Source: Antedon mediterranea
Lineage: Eukaryota; Animalia; Echinodermata
Length of the DNA stretch: 64,000 nucleotides
Assembly: GCF_964355755.1 (NCBI RefSeq)
Contig: NC_092671.1
Location: 13,268,001 to 13,332,000, forward strand
Direction of reading: 5' to 3'
Positions 1 to 11,925 of the stretch are shown here, one piece after another (position 1 is the stretch's first letter; every line of letters starts with the position of its first letter). The position numbers and the translations under genes are program-made. Under the pieces are notes generated by a model. The model was given only the letters and a program-made list of their open reading frames with translations, did not search any database and was not told where the DNA came from.

Positions 1-277
1 TAATGGTTATGTAACCAGCCTTTCAACTAACAATAGTATCAGTTGACTAACAATAGAACAGCAATGCCAAAAACAAACGGGTGAATTTTAAAAGAAATAG
101 GTTTTTTTTTAAACTACTTGTATAAAAAAAACTGTAAATTAAATAAAATTATATTTTAAAATTACAAATCACAAATTAACTCTTGCCTCTTGTACAAAAA
201 TGAAGTTTGTTGGACAAGTAGTTCTCGAGAAAATGCAATTTCAGTTTACTTTTTATTTTGGTAAAGACCTTGTAATT

Positions 278-351
278 ACTTTTTGAGTAATCCTGCTAAC
301 AAACAAACAGACAAACGCGATCAACTACTTACACCTCCCTGGCGGAGGTAA
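278..351 (-). mobile_element. Fragment of a Helentron-associated (HINE/DINE-1-like) non-autonomous element
   Basis: On the - strand it reads TTACCTCCGCCAGGGAGG (short terminal hairpin), then a GTTTGTCTGTTTGTTTGT microsatellite and TTAGCAGGATTACTCAAAA, an architecture resembling HINE ends. Extent uncertain. Confidence 0.45.
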
Positions 352-1030
352 AATATATCAGAATGAGAAATTTGTATTACTTTTAATGGGTGCCTCACAC
401 GAACGGATGTTTAGGCCTACAGACCAAAGAAGAATTGATTTAAATAGATATCATACTGTCACATTAAATAGAAATATGATAATATATTTTGCAATTATAT
501 AACATTTCATAGAAAATATATAATTCAGTTCTAGAAAAAATTATTTTTCCACCATGCTAAATTAGTTCACAAAGAACAACAAAAATCAAACATGCGTTAC
601 CCAGCTTGGTCTATTCTTTGCCATTGCCGCGTACTAATCTACGTCCGGTAAATTAAGTAATGTTTTTATAATATAAATTAATATAAAATACATGCTATTA
701 ATAGGCTACAATGTCAAATTAAATTAATGGTTATTTTTTCTACCAGAAATAAGTTGGATGTTAAAATATTAATAAACTATCCTTCGTGGAAACGTAAACT
801 GTTTATTCGGCAGTTTTTTACTAAATAAATTGCATAAAACGAACAAGTCAATATCCAAATAGAATTTAACATGATGTTAGCATGTAGTTGATAACATTTT
901 TCATCATGAAAACCCTACCGGTGGCCCAGGCTTAGATTAGTCACAAAAGTAATATACATCCCGACGTATGTGGAAAATATTACTGTTGCCGGGAAAACCA
1001 CGGATTGTTCATTCTTCTGATATATATTCT

Positions 1031-1597
1031 TTTATGTCATTCATCGGACATTATTCTATGGAACGCAGTTCACGCATCAATTAAATGATACTCCATAGCC
1101 TCCCATTATCTATTTTTGTCTGTGATTGTAAAAAAAATGTATATAAAAGAACATCTTTCATAAGAAAACCGGTGCAGCAAAAACAACATTAATAATTAAG
1201 ATAATGATTATCAAATACTTTTCAGAAAACATGCGGTAAAAATGTGACTAAATAATGTCTAAACCCGACCCATAGAAAAGACAAAAAGGGTAATCTTGGG
1301 GGGATCGGTGCAGAAAATGGATGTGAGCACCATTCCTGGGCAATACGGTATGGCATGACTGTGGGTCTCAGAGGCTGAATATAGCCTATACATTTATTCT
1401 CACATCCAATAAGTGGTAATGTAAGTTCAAAGACCAATCGTCTTTAAAGTAGAATCAATGTAAAACAACACTTCTTGTGGACTAAAATGTGTGGGTCTAC
1501 TAAACCTGTTTCGTCAGTCTGGGATTTCCGTGTCAGTCTAGAAAAACCCCAAACTATTTGTATATTATTCATAGTTAATTAATGAAACTTACCTCTA
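1031..1597 (+). repeat. Copy A of a ~560-bp direct segmental duplication (copy B at 8304-8857), including a splice donor
   Basis: Colinear similarity from 'tcattcatcggaca...ggaacgcagttcacgcatcaattaaatgata' to 'aaactatttgtatatta...atgaaacttacctcta', with substitutions and small indels. Confidence 0.92.
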
Positions 1598-1814
1598 TCT
1601 TCACTTGAAATTGTATCAACAATTGTAGTTTTTTCTTTCGTTGATTCAAATTCACTGGTAAACAGTTGAGTTGTTGTAACCTTAGAAGTCGTATCTTCAC
1701 TTAAAGTCGCATTAACAGTTGTTGCTTCTTCCGCCGTCGTTGTTGTTTTCTCTTCGGAAGTCATATTTTCAGTCACAGTTACATAAATTGTTTCTTCTGT
1801 TGTTGTTTTGATTC
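1593..1814 (-). CDS. Internal exon (222 nt, phase 1-1) of a secreted Thr/Glu-rich mucin-like protein, gene A exon 2: (G)IKTTTEETIYVTVTENMTSEEKTTTTAEEATTVNATLSEDTTSKVTTTQLFTSEFESTKEKTTIVDTISSEDR(G)
   Basis: Acceptor tttacAG|GA at 1815-1816 and donor AG|GTAAGT at 1591-1592 on the - strand. Open frame, length a multiple of 3, Thr-rich, with sequons NMT and NAT. The gene presumably continues left of the window. Confidence 0.78.
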
Positions 1815-2521
1815 CTGTAAAGTAACAATAACATTAATAAAATGAATGTTTTGTTAAACTTACAGGCAATAAGCATAAGATACATTTAAGGTTTTTTTTT
1901 TATTATAATTTTATTGAGGATTCTTGACTATACAAAATGTCTTATACCATACCATATTTTATCTAACTTACAATCAATTCATTTATTATTATTTATTTAA
2001 GTACCTATATGTGTTTATCATAAATGTATAATAAATATTTCATTTGTAAATACCGTAGGCCTATTTATTCCAACAAACGCCCCGCTTTTAATAAATGCCT
2101 CGCCACATGCAATATACACACAATTTTGTATTACAACACATTTCTATTTGTAGTAGAATTAATTGACTGCCATGATCAACAATTAACCTAGCATTTTGAT
2201 ACCATTTTTATTGTATTTTATCACTTTTTCTATATTAATTGTGTTGTACTTGTTATATTTAGGGGCTATTTATTTGATTACACATGTTACCATATTACAC
2301 CTAAAAAATAAACACCTCCCTTACGTTGTAAATCGTCACTTTGCTCTCTAACAAAAATATGTGTATTGATTTATGTGTTCTTAATTTATTTTATTAGATT
2401 ATTAAAGTCAACCAATCAGACACGCCAATATTAGGCTCCGCCGCTGCATAAAAAGCTGTACCGCACCAAAGAGAGCACAATCATTGAATGGTCAAATCTT
2501 TCATCTATGGTAAATAGTTTT

Positions 2522-3468
2522 GTTATTTTATTTATTTTATTTTATTTATTCATTTCCCAACCAACAGTGAGCTCATGGTTCACCACTTACAGGAGGGAAC
2601 ACAGACAAACACGAACATATACAATAACAAACATTAAACTAAACTACTAACAATGTTACGAAACTTACGGAAATTATTACTAAAGATATCTAACTCAGGG
2701 TTTCTTAAAGTAAAAGAATTATAAGTTTGACTTAATCTACTAATAAAACCATTTTTTAAAACATTTACTCTACTAAAAGGAATATGAAAAGTAGTATTTC
2801 TTCTAAGACGACGACTAGGGACTCTAAGATAAAAATTACTAACTAAATTACAGTCAAATAAAGAATTAATACATTTATACAAAAAAACAAGATCAAAAAA
2901 GGTTCTACGAGACTCAGGAGATCGGACATGGAAATGAAAGTCAGGATTCTGGTTGTGGCTAATGTAGCGTAAAAAACGGTTATGCAGACGCTGAATGCGC
3001 GTAGACTGAGTTTTCGAAATAGAATTAAAAATAACAGAACTGAAGTTGAGAATGGGATGGATAATTGAATAATAAAGGTGGATTTTGGTTTGCCTGTCAA
3101 AATGTTTACAATTACGCCACATCAGCCCAAGCAGTCTATTGCACTTGCCAACAAGATAATCAATATGAAAAGAAAAACAAAGGGAACTATCAATAAAAAC
3201 ACCAAGATCTTTTTGCGATTGCACCCTATTAATGGGATTGTCATTAATTAAATAATTATAAAATAAAATGTTCTTTTTCAAAGTAATAGTTAAAATATTG
3301 CACTTTACTGGATTGAGGGACATACCCCATAAAGCTGCCCAAGAACATAGCTTGTCCAAGTCCACCTGAAGCCTGTCAGCATCCTCAACACTACCAATAA
3401 TTTTGTATAGCTTAACATTATCAGCAAACATAAGACATCTGGAGTGGGTGAAGAGTTTTGGGATATCA
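2522..3468 (-). mobile_element. 5'-truncated non-LTR retrotransposon (CR1/L2 group), RT C-terminal part with 3' tail
   Basis: ORF 2634-3431 with LMFADNVKLY (YADD-equivalent motif), LQVDLDKLCSWA..WGMSLNPVKC and KDLGVFID. (AATAA/AAAT)n tail at 2522-2552. Confidence 0.9.
2634..3431 (-). pseudogene. LINE ORF2 fragment, reverse transcriptase thumb/C-terminal region (265 aa open)
   Basis: RT motifs as above. Endonuclease and RT N-terminus are missing through 5' truncation. Confidence 0.85.
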
Positions 3469-4014
3469 TATGGAATGGAATGGAATATATGCGAATGGAG
3501 TTTAATATCAGGGAAGATTCCCTGGTGTGTATAGAAGAAGAATTGTTTGATTAGTGAGTACGTTTGTCGTCGGCTGTACGACGAAGTTTCTTGGAAATTA
3601 GAAATGTTGTTTACTGGAATGTTTGGGTATGTGAGGTAGGGAGTAGTAACGTATCGGAATATGAACAGTATTATATATATTTTTTGTTCTGTACATCATT
3701 AAGCTACGGATATTGTGTCCTAAAATAAAAGTTGATAGATCGACAAGCTAAATCAACAGAAGGAAAACTGGATCCAATTATAATATATCTACATCCTCAA
3801 AACAGTAATAGACCATATAATAATAATAATAACACTAATAATAATAATAATAATAATAATAACAACTTTATTTAAAAACGGATGCAACACTTGAATCACC
3901 ATATTGGTGTTTTTCACAAGGCCGTTACTTACTACAAAACTATTTATACTATTACACAAGTTATCATTTACAGTACAAAAACAACAACAACAACAACAAC
4001 AACAAAAGTATATT

Positions 4015-6351
4015 TTATCTTTGGTCATTTATCATTTTTTTAAATATATGTATATTAGGAGCTGTAAATGCATTTGAGTTTATAGCATTTAAACTATTCC
4101 ATAGCTTTGCGCCAGAATACGAGAAACTTTTCTTTTTATACTCAGTGTTTGCCTTATGTAAACTTAGAATATCTTTTGATCTAGTATTATATCTTTGTTT
4201 GCGTTCATAGAATCTGTTTCTTAAGTAGGATGGTGTCAAGTTATTCATTATTTTATACATTGTGACTGCTTCGTTGTAATATTGTTTTTCTTCTAAATTA
4301 GGCCAATTTAAATCTTTGAGCGCCTGTGAGCTAGAGCGATACCTAGATGTATGTGTAATTATTTTAGCCGCTCTATTTTGGAGTAGGCCTACTTGGTTAC
4401 ATTTACATGAGAAACTGAGTTAGGTAGATCATTGATATACATGATAAATAGAAGGGGCCCTAATATTGATCCCTGAGGGATTCCACAAACACTATTAGAC
4501 TTTACCGAATCAACATTGTTAATATTAGTAATATGTGTACGATTTGTTAAATAATTTTCAAACCATTTGATAACATGATTAGCAAAATTAAAATTGTGTA
4601 GTTTTTTTATTAGTATCTGGTGATTAACAGTGTCGAAAGCTTTTTTGAGATCAAGCATTATTAGTCCTATGTATTTACCATTTTCAATACTGTCAATCCA
4701 ATCTTCAGTTATATTTATTAATGCCGATGATGTCGAGTAATTTGGCCTAAATCCAGATTGTTGATTGTATAATTTAGGGTTGATTTGTGGATAGAGTTGG
4801 TCAAAGACAGCGCGTTCAATAATTTTCGATAAAATTGGTAGTACAGAAATTGGCCTGTAGTTAGATGGTTCACTTCGGTCGCCATTTTAAAAAATTGGGC
4901 ATATTCGTGCATTTTTCCATTTACTTGGGAAGTCGCTGGTTCTTAGAGATAAATTAATTAAAAATGTTGAGTTGATTGCTAATTTTATTAGTTTAGCAGG
5001 AATTTCATCAGTTCCTGTAGCCTTTTTGTCAGATAATGATAAAATTTGTTTATATACATATTCCTCGTCAACAAGTGTGAAATTTATTTTGTCTTCACCT
5101 TGATTTGGGTATTCATAATTTACATGGTTATTTTCAAATTGAGGAATTTGTTTAGCTAGGTTAGGTCCTATGTTTGCAAAAAACTCATTTAAAGTATTAG
5201 CTATCTTGTAAGAATCTGTTTCAAGGCCATTTATTGTATTTATACTACTTATAACACTTTTTTTATTCTTAGATGGTACAATATATCTTATGTTTTTCCA
5301 GATTATTTTGGAATCTTTTGTATTTAATTGTTCAGAGAAATAATCTTTTTTTGATCTCCTGATATCGTAATTTACTTTGTTTTTTTAATTCACGGTATTC
5401 GTTCCATAATTGAGGACAATTTTCTTTACTCGCTCTTTTTTTCATTGAGTCACGTTTTCGCATTTGTAATATTACATTTTTTGTGAGCCATGGGCTATCT
5501 TTATTTCGAACCCGTTTTTTCTTTAAAGGTACATGTTTATTACCAATTTGTAAAAACCTGTCTTCAAAAAACTGCAGAGCGTCATTCACATTTGTATATG
5601 AAGTTATTTCATGCCAATTTACATTTAACATATCAATTTGTAGTTTTTTCTCATCAAGGTTATTATAGTTCCTTTTTGTTTTATATTTATGGTTATGTTT
5701 TGGTTTTTCTTCTTTACCAATGACAGCGTAAATAGCTGAATGATCACTAATTCCTGTGTTAAGTACACCCGAGGAAGAAATTCTGTTTGGAAAGGATGTA
5801 TAAAAATTATCAATCAGAGTTTTACTTTGGTTTGTTATCCTTGTCGGTTCAGTTATAATTTGTGTTAGGAAATGGTTATTAGTTATATCCATTAATTTTT
5901 GTGTATAGCAAGTAGGGTTTTGTGAAAGTGTGTCACAATTGACATCTCCTATTATTATTATTTCTTTGTTTAGACATTCGTTTTCTTCAAAAATTTGTTC
6001 AAAAATATCTAAAAGTTGAATTTTTGAGTTTGGTGGGCGGTACCATGCTATTAAAATGATTGGTTTAGTTTTTGGTTTACAAAGTTCGATTACTACTATC
6101 TCAAGCTCCATTTTCATGAAATTATTTCTTAGTTTACAAGTAAAACATCCTCCTCTATTTACATAAACTGCAACCCCTCCCCCTTCCCTATTTCTGTCAT
6201 TTCTATAAATATCATAGCCATCAATGTGTATTGATTCATCTTTAATTACATTATCTAAACGTGTTTCATTGAGTGCTATGATATCAATAGAATTGTTGTT
6301 GATTAGATACTTAAATTCATCAAATTTGCTTGGTAGAGAAACTATATTCAA
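4015..6351 (-). pseudogene. LINE ORF2 (APE endonuclease + reverse transcriptase), frameshifted and internally deleted
   Basis: EN motifs IIALNETRL, YRNDRNREGGGVAVYV, WYRPPN, IIIGDVN, TLIDNFY, ISDHSAI. RT motifs LDLKKAFDTVNH and GIPQGSILGPLLFIMYINDLP. At ~4390 the sequence jumps straight to LQNRAAKII, so the YADD core is deleted. Confidence 0.9.
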
Positions 6352-6619
6352 TCCTAGGATACTTAGAACATTATTTAAAAATACTTTACAATTTTCAGTT
6401 AAATTATTATGTTCATTTAGCGAACAGTTATGTTGATAGTTAATTGTTTCATTTTTATTTGAATTGATCGTATACGTTAAATTTTAGGCAACTCCAGGTG
6501 GTATAATATCATTTATATAAGTTTGTTGAGTGTTCACCTCGTCATGGGGATTTTGTTCTAATTCATTGTCATTAATCATAGAATTTACGGCTAAACCCTC
6601 ATTGCCTATTTCCTAGTAA

Positions 6620-8008
6620 TCATAATGCTTGGCAAAACTTAGCCTTATGTCCTACAGAGTTACATTTCCAGCATGTAATCGGTGCTCTATGACGACATAT
6701 CCTCTGCACATGTCCACTCTCACCACAGTTGAAGCAGGGAGTCAGAGCTTCCTGGTTGAAGGATGAAACAGATGAGTATCGTTGTTTGCCTTCTGGGTTT
6801 CGTTGTCTCGCTGGTGTACGTATTACTTGCACTGCTCTATTAATACTTCTTAGTAGGACTGATGTACCTTTCTGGTTGAGGTGTAGGCCATGTCTTGTAA
6901 AGTAATTTGAATGTACACCGTGTGCATCTGTGAAATAGTTGGTATGGTCAATGTACATATGGCCAAAAGCCGTTTGGAGCATATCATTTGCTTCAGCAAT
7001 TTGTCTGTTAAAATTTGTATTGTCAAGACGAGGACAGATTCCCGAGACGAGCACCTTTCCAGATATCCTTTGTTGCAAATATGTTGTTATTTGAAGAAAG
7101 TCTTTGTGAAGTTTGCTAATGTTAAAATCTTCTCGACTACAATCATTTGTTCCAGCATGAATTATTATGTTAGTAACATTTTCCAGATTCATATGTGTTA
7201 CAGCATTGTAAAGTTGACTAACAGTAAAGCCTCGCTTTGTCCTGACTGATGTATCACTTAGACCTCTTGTTTTAATTAGTTTCAACATGGAATCTCCGAT
7301 TATCAAATTTGTTGTCTTCACAGTGTGAGATGCATTATCATTGTTTTGGACGTTGTATGTTGAGTTTTGTATGGCTTGATCAGATTCAGGAATTAACGGC
7401 TCAGGTAAAGTGGGGAGCTCATCTGCCAGTCGAACAAAATGGTTACTAGTTTGGATCTCGTGATCATTACCATTCAGACTTATTTCCTGGCAACAGTTAT
7501 GAATAGGCTGATAAAATGTGTTGTGTTTTACATCAAGCTCTGATCGTAGGCTAGTAATTTGTGCCTCAAGGTGTTCATTTCTCTCACTTAGTTCCTTAAA
7601 AGATGTCGAAAGTTGGGCAAATTTAGCGGGAACAGTTTTCAGATCGTGTATTTGTTTCCGTAGATCATTTATTGTGTCATCCTTACTTTTCACTTTGTTT
7701 TTTAAGGAGGGTGTCAGATCCCAGTGCTCGGGTGTTTGGGTGACTATATTGGTTGTTCTTGTTGCAATTGATTGTGTAGAAACTTCACAAATCTCAACTG
7801 AAGAAGTAATCGTAGCAGCATCAAATGTTCTGGGATTATTAGTAAATCGCTTAATTGGTGTGGAAGCCGAGGGTGTTGTTAAATAAGAAGGCATACTTAA
7901 GATAGATAGCTCTAAATCCCTGTATTCCTTCAAAATTGATTCCTCATCGTCATTGTCAAATGTCCGATTAGCTGGACACACCAGGCTATTAGATATGAGA
8001 TTTGCCAT
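6620..8008 (-). CDS. LINE ORF1 protein (462 aa): coiled coil + SGNH/GDSL esterase-like domain + two CCHC zinc knuckles
   Basis: Heptad-rich segment INDLRKQIHDL...LEAQITSLRSEL. SGNH blocks IIGDSM, IIIHAGTND and HGLHLNQKG. Knuckles CFNCGESGHVQRIC and CWKCNSVGHKAKFC. Confidence 0.85.
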   Translation of the reverse strand: MANLISNSLVCPANRTFDNDDEESILKEYRDLELSILSMPSYLTTPSASTPIKRFTNNPRTFDAATITSSVEICEVSTQSIATRTTNIVTQTPEHWDLTPSLKNKVKSKDDTINDLRKQIHDLKTVPAKFAQLSTSFKELSERNEHLEAQITSLRSELDVKHNTFYQPIHNCCQEISLNGNDHEIQTSNHFVRLADELPTLPEPLIPESDQAIQNSTYNVQNNDNASHTVKTTNLIIGDSMLKLIKTRGLSDTSVRTKRGFTVSQLYNAVTHMNLENVTNIIIHAGTNDCSREDFNISKLHKDFLQITTYLQQRISGKVLVSGICPRLDNTNFNRQIAEANDMLQTAFGHMYIDHTNYFTDAHGVHSNYFTRHGLHLNQKGTSVLLRSINRAVQVIRTPARQRNPEGKQRYSSVSSFNQEALTPCFNCGESGHVQRICRHRAPITCWKCNSVGHKAKFCQAL

Positions 8009-8303
8009 TGTAAGAGTTTTTGATTAAATAGAACATATCAGACTATACACAATCTTTACAGTACTACTGATTGTTAAACCTAAATTATTTATAATAAATC
8101 ATTATTTATTAAAAAAGCAAGAACGTTTTTTGTAAGAAATATTTTTTTTAATATTTTTCTTCACAACAAATTAATAGTATCAATTTATTATTAATCTTGT
8201 TAAAAATTGTCCGAATAAGCCTGACAGCCAGCCATCTTGTAAAAAATCCACCTTCGCTGCCACATAGTCTGCCCTCTATCCTTCGACTATCCTTTATGAG
8301 TCT

Positions 8304-8857
8304 TTGATATCATTCATCGGACAACGCTATTAAATGGAACGCAGTTCACGCATCAATTAAATGATACCGGTACTCCATAGCCTCCCATTCTCTATTTGTC
8401 CGTGATTGTAAAAAATATATATAAAAGAACATCTTTCATAATAAAAACCGGTGCAGCAAAAACAACATTAATAATTCAAATAATGATTATCAAATACTTT
8501 TCAGAAAAAATGCGGTAAAAATGTAACTGAATAATGTCTGACCCTAAGCCCGACCCACAGAAAAGACAAAAAGGGTAATTAGACTGGAATCGGTGTTGGC
8601 AGAAAAATTGATTTCAGCACCATTCTGGGCGATACGGTATGGCATGACTGTGAGTATCAGAAGCTGAATATAGCCTATATAATACATTTATACCAACATC
8701 CAGCAAGTGGTAATGTAAGTAGAATCAATGTGAAACAACACTTCTTGTAGACTACAATGTGTGGGTCTACTAAACCTGTTTCGTCAGTCGGGGACCTCCC
8801 TGTCAGTCTGGAAAAACCCCAAACTATTTGTATATTAACTCATGAAACTTACCTCTA
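8304..8857 (+). repeat. Copy B of the ~560-bp direct duplication (start of gene A intron 1)
   Basis: Matches 1031-1597. Similarity ends 5 nt inside the exon (TAGAG|GTAAGTTTCAT on the - strand in both copies). Confidence 0.92.
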
Positions 8858-8925
8858 ACTACTATATTTTGTTGAGAGCAAATGAAAATGCCAACAACCA
8901 TCACAGTGATGTATTTTAACTCCAT
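8853..8925 (-). CDS. First coding exon of gene A, signal peptide MELKYITVMVVGIFICSQQNIVVR(G)
   Basis: ATG in strong context (ACAATGG). 24 codons + 1 nt, then AG|GTAAGT. Hydrophobic core. Phase 1 joins exon 1593-1814 in frame (G+GA = Gly). Confidence 0.72.
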
Positions 8926-9802
8926 TGTCGTATTGTCATTAACAAAATATAACAATATTATGTAAGGTAGTAAATCCGTATTACTTCTATGAGCCTCTCA
9001 GTCATTATTCAATGTATAGTTCTTGTATGTAGCAACAATTTTGATTTATCTCTCCGGAATAATTCAAATAATGTCTTTAGAAATCGGTAATAAAATCAAT
9101 AGATTTTTCTACACTTTTTGATATGATCCGGGTTAATTCATTACCGTATACCTATTTACAAATATTCTGCCAATTGTGTATGAACATTATCAAGAACCGG
9201 CATTCGTAGCCTAGTATGTTACTGTAGAGAAACAATAAATCGAGATCAATTCCTGCTCCCTAGTGTATCTTGAAAATTCCTAGATTATCTGCTGTAGGCC
9301 TCAATTAATTCCTTTCAATTTGGCTGCTAAAAGTCACAATGATTTCGTAGTATTTTTCGTATGTGCAAACCCACCAACTACATGCTTCCAATAAAGTACG
9401 AAATGGACTGTGATCATATTCTAGGTATGATAACTGTTTAAACAAACATTAATTTAAATATCTAAGTATCGAATATAGTGTGTGATAACACAGTCTTATC
9501 TTTCAAAATTACAATAGGCAAATTCCTAATTCCAAATTTCACAACAAAAAACAAACAAACAAAATACTAAATTATGAGTTATTTATTACAAGTTGTTCAC
9601 ATAACCTGTACATTATACTGTATGCTCTACTCAATGGCAATTAAACAGAATACGGTACGCAAGAGAACACAAAATATAATACAACATTATTAATATTCGT
9701 CTTAATATTTGCTTTTTAACATTTTGTAAATAGCAAAATTTACTCAAATTGCACCTGCAAAGAGTTTAAAAAAACTTATATTTATATATATAGACTAAGA
9801 AA

Positions 9803-9958
9803 TACCGGAATGGTGTCCGGCGGGGGATAGTTTATTACCATTAGTTAAGGTCTAATGTAAAGCACCTAGAGTGGTCAGTGATCCATTAGGCGCTATATAA
9901 ATACTGTTTATTATTATTATTATTATTAGTATTAGTGTTATTATTATTATTATTATTG
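9803..9958 (+). mobile_element. 3' end of an L2-type LINE or L2-tailed SINE
   Basis: TGTAAAGCACCTAGAG...GGCGCTATATAAAT followed by an (ATT)n tail, resembling the L2 3' stem-loop and tail. Confidence 0.6.
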
Positions 9959-10298
9959 GTCGAATAAATATAATAAATTTAGGAAGTTGTTGAAATAAGA
10001 AATTAATAATGAAAATCACCAACAAACCTAATTTGAAGGTGCACCAAGTCTATATTTTTAGGCTTAACATTTTGTTGTATTTTGTGGGTATTATTATAAT
10101 TCAATTGCATCCTCATCTTCAAATAATTTCTTGTCGTTTTTTTTGTATATTCATACCTCGCATTAGTAAATGCATCAAATTGTGTCTGGCGGTGACTAAA
10201 CACTCTTGTTTGTTAAAGATGACGTCATAGTCAGCATGTATATCTGCGGTCGGTGTTGTGCAATCCCATGTAATACTAATACTGTACTGTAGGGTGTA

Positions 10299-11624
10299 TC
10301 TATATATAAATTATGGTTAATTCTGACATAGGCGAGCACAATGCAAAAACTTCGGTACAAATCTCCGCCTTGGATACCTACCTTATCTATCTGAGATGTA
10401 CCGCGAAACGTAGATTTGATAACATTAGTGTTCACAGCGACGCTATTGTTCCATATTTCTATCTTAGGAAGATATTATAAAGAGTTTTTTAACACAATTT
10501 ATGATTTCAACATTAGATTTTCATCTCAATTTCAATTCTTCCCGGTCAAAGTAATTTCCGGGTTTAAGATAAGTTCACCTTGCAACAACCTGGTTTCAAA
10601 TATTTTCTCTCTTTTATACACAAGGGAGCAGTTAAAATAATAGATTTGACCCTAAAGGTGACTGGAAACAGGCACTTTCCATCAATCAATACAGTGTCCC
10701 TTTGGAAGACGAAAAGTTGGCCATTATTCATAGCCATTTCAGTTTTTTGTTTATTTTAAAACATACCGCGCGTGTGTGAAGGTACAGTAGTTAAATAATA
10801 GGAATTATACTGCAAATTAATAAAGATCAAATTAAATATACGCCATAAAGAATCAGAATATATTGTGGGGAATAGTATTATAAAATTACATAGGGAGATT
10901 TGATGATAAGACATTTTTCGAGTGAAATCCCGATAGCTGAGTTTTATTGAGTAAGCTTGCAGGAATAACTGTAGGCTATCTTCCTGTGTCCCGTTAGGAC
11001 CGAGATATCTGCCCTTGTTGCAAGCCGTAATGTCTTCTTTCTTGGGCCCACTCTGTCACGGCAGTTAGTTTCAAAAGATGATTAAATTAAATAAATAATG
11101 TATTAATAATTATTAGGATGGTATTCATTTGAATAAACGCCTCTCCAATAATACATCACTTTGAATAATAACCCCCCCCCCCCCCAACCCAACTATCTAA
11201 TAAACGTCCATCCACATATTTATAACAACACAATTATACTATTTGGAGTAGAATTCACCGCACTGTTATCTACAATTTACCAAGCATTTGTTATTCTTTT
11301 TTAGCACTTTTCATATCTATTAGAGGATTTCATTTGATTATAAATGTTACCATATTATTAAAACTACAAAATAACATATATCCCTCGAATAAGCACCTCC
11401 CTCAAATGACCTCCGCCTCCCCAAAGGGCCCTACCAAACAATAAAAACTGTACTTTAAAATGTTATTAATCATCTAAACACTGTGAAACAAAGTAGTTTT
11501 ACAAATGTCAAGCATTTTCAATAATGGTAACCGACAGAAAACGTATAAGGAGAACATTATTATTCCGAGAACCATCGTCTACACTTCCTAGAGGGGGAGC
11601 GAGCGAAGCGAGCTCACCCTCTAG
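10299..11624 (+). mobile_element. Non-autonomous Helitron, copy 1 (1326 bp)
   Basis: Inserted as A|TCTATATATAAA ... CTAG|T with no TSD. Subterminal GC-rich hairpin AGAGGGGGAGCGAGCGAAGCGAGCTCACCCTCT. A second copy with the same termini is at 23551-24613. Confidence 0.88.
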
Positions 11625-11672
11625 TTAAGTAAATAAACTAAATACTAAACTAAATAATCGAGATAATATTAA

Positions 11673-11770
11673 GTTTATCATTTTATAATGACAAATGTTT
11701 ATCATTTTATAATGACAAATGTTTATCATTTTATAATGACAAATGTTTACCATTTTATAATGACAAATGT
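11673..11770 (+). repeat. Minisatellite, 4 x 24 bp GTTTATCATTTTATAATGACAAAT
   Basis: Four head-to-tail copies with one substitution and no spacers. Confidence 0.95.
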
Positions 11771-11809
11771 GGTAGGCCCTAAATGGTTCAAACATCCTGG
11801 CGTCGTGTG

Positions 11810-11925
11810 TTTTTAGTCGCGTGCAACGCGACTCTACAGCTCATTATGTCGGTCGGTCGGTTGGTCGGTTGTTCGGTAAACACTAACTTGAGCACGAGAC
11901 TGCAGTCATGTATATGGCCTTGATA
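11810..11925 (+). mobile_element. Short HINE/DINE-1-like element
   Basis: TTTTAGTCGCGTGCAACGCGACTCTA inverted repeat, (GTCG)n microsatellite, partial repeat GCACGAGACT and end TATATGGCCTTG. The same head occurs at 21802-22245. Confidence 0.65.

Larger units (their letters stand above)
3818..8240 (-). mobile_element. Near full-length CR1/L2-group LINE (ORF1 intact, ORF2 disrupted) in intron 1 of gene A
   Basis: ORF1 at 6620-8008, APE endonuclease at 5332-6351, RT pieces at 4389-4912, C-terminal piece at 4015-4380, (TAT)n tail at 3818-3862. The 5' boundary is approximate. Confidence 0.92.

Noticed and set aside
3789-4028. ORF with poly-Cys and poly-Ile
   Set aside because: Translation of (TTG)n and (TAT)n microsatellites in the LINE 3' UTR and tail.
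5483-7886. + strand ORFs overlapping the LINE (5483, 5490, 6224, 6911, 7518)
   Set aside because: Antisense shadows of LINE ORF1/ORF2 with no recognisable motifs.
11673-11770. 24-bp repeats with an internal palindrome resembling CRISPR repeats or operator arrays
   Set aside because: Head-to-tail with no spacers; an ordinary minisatellite.
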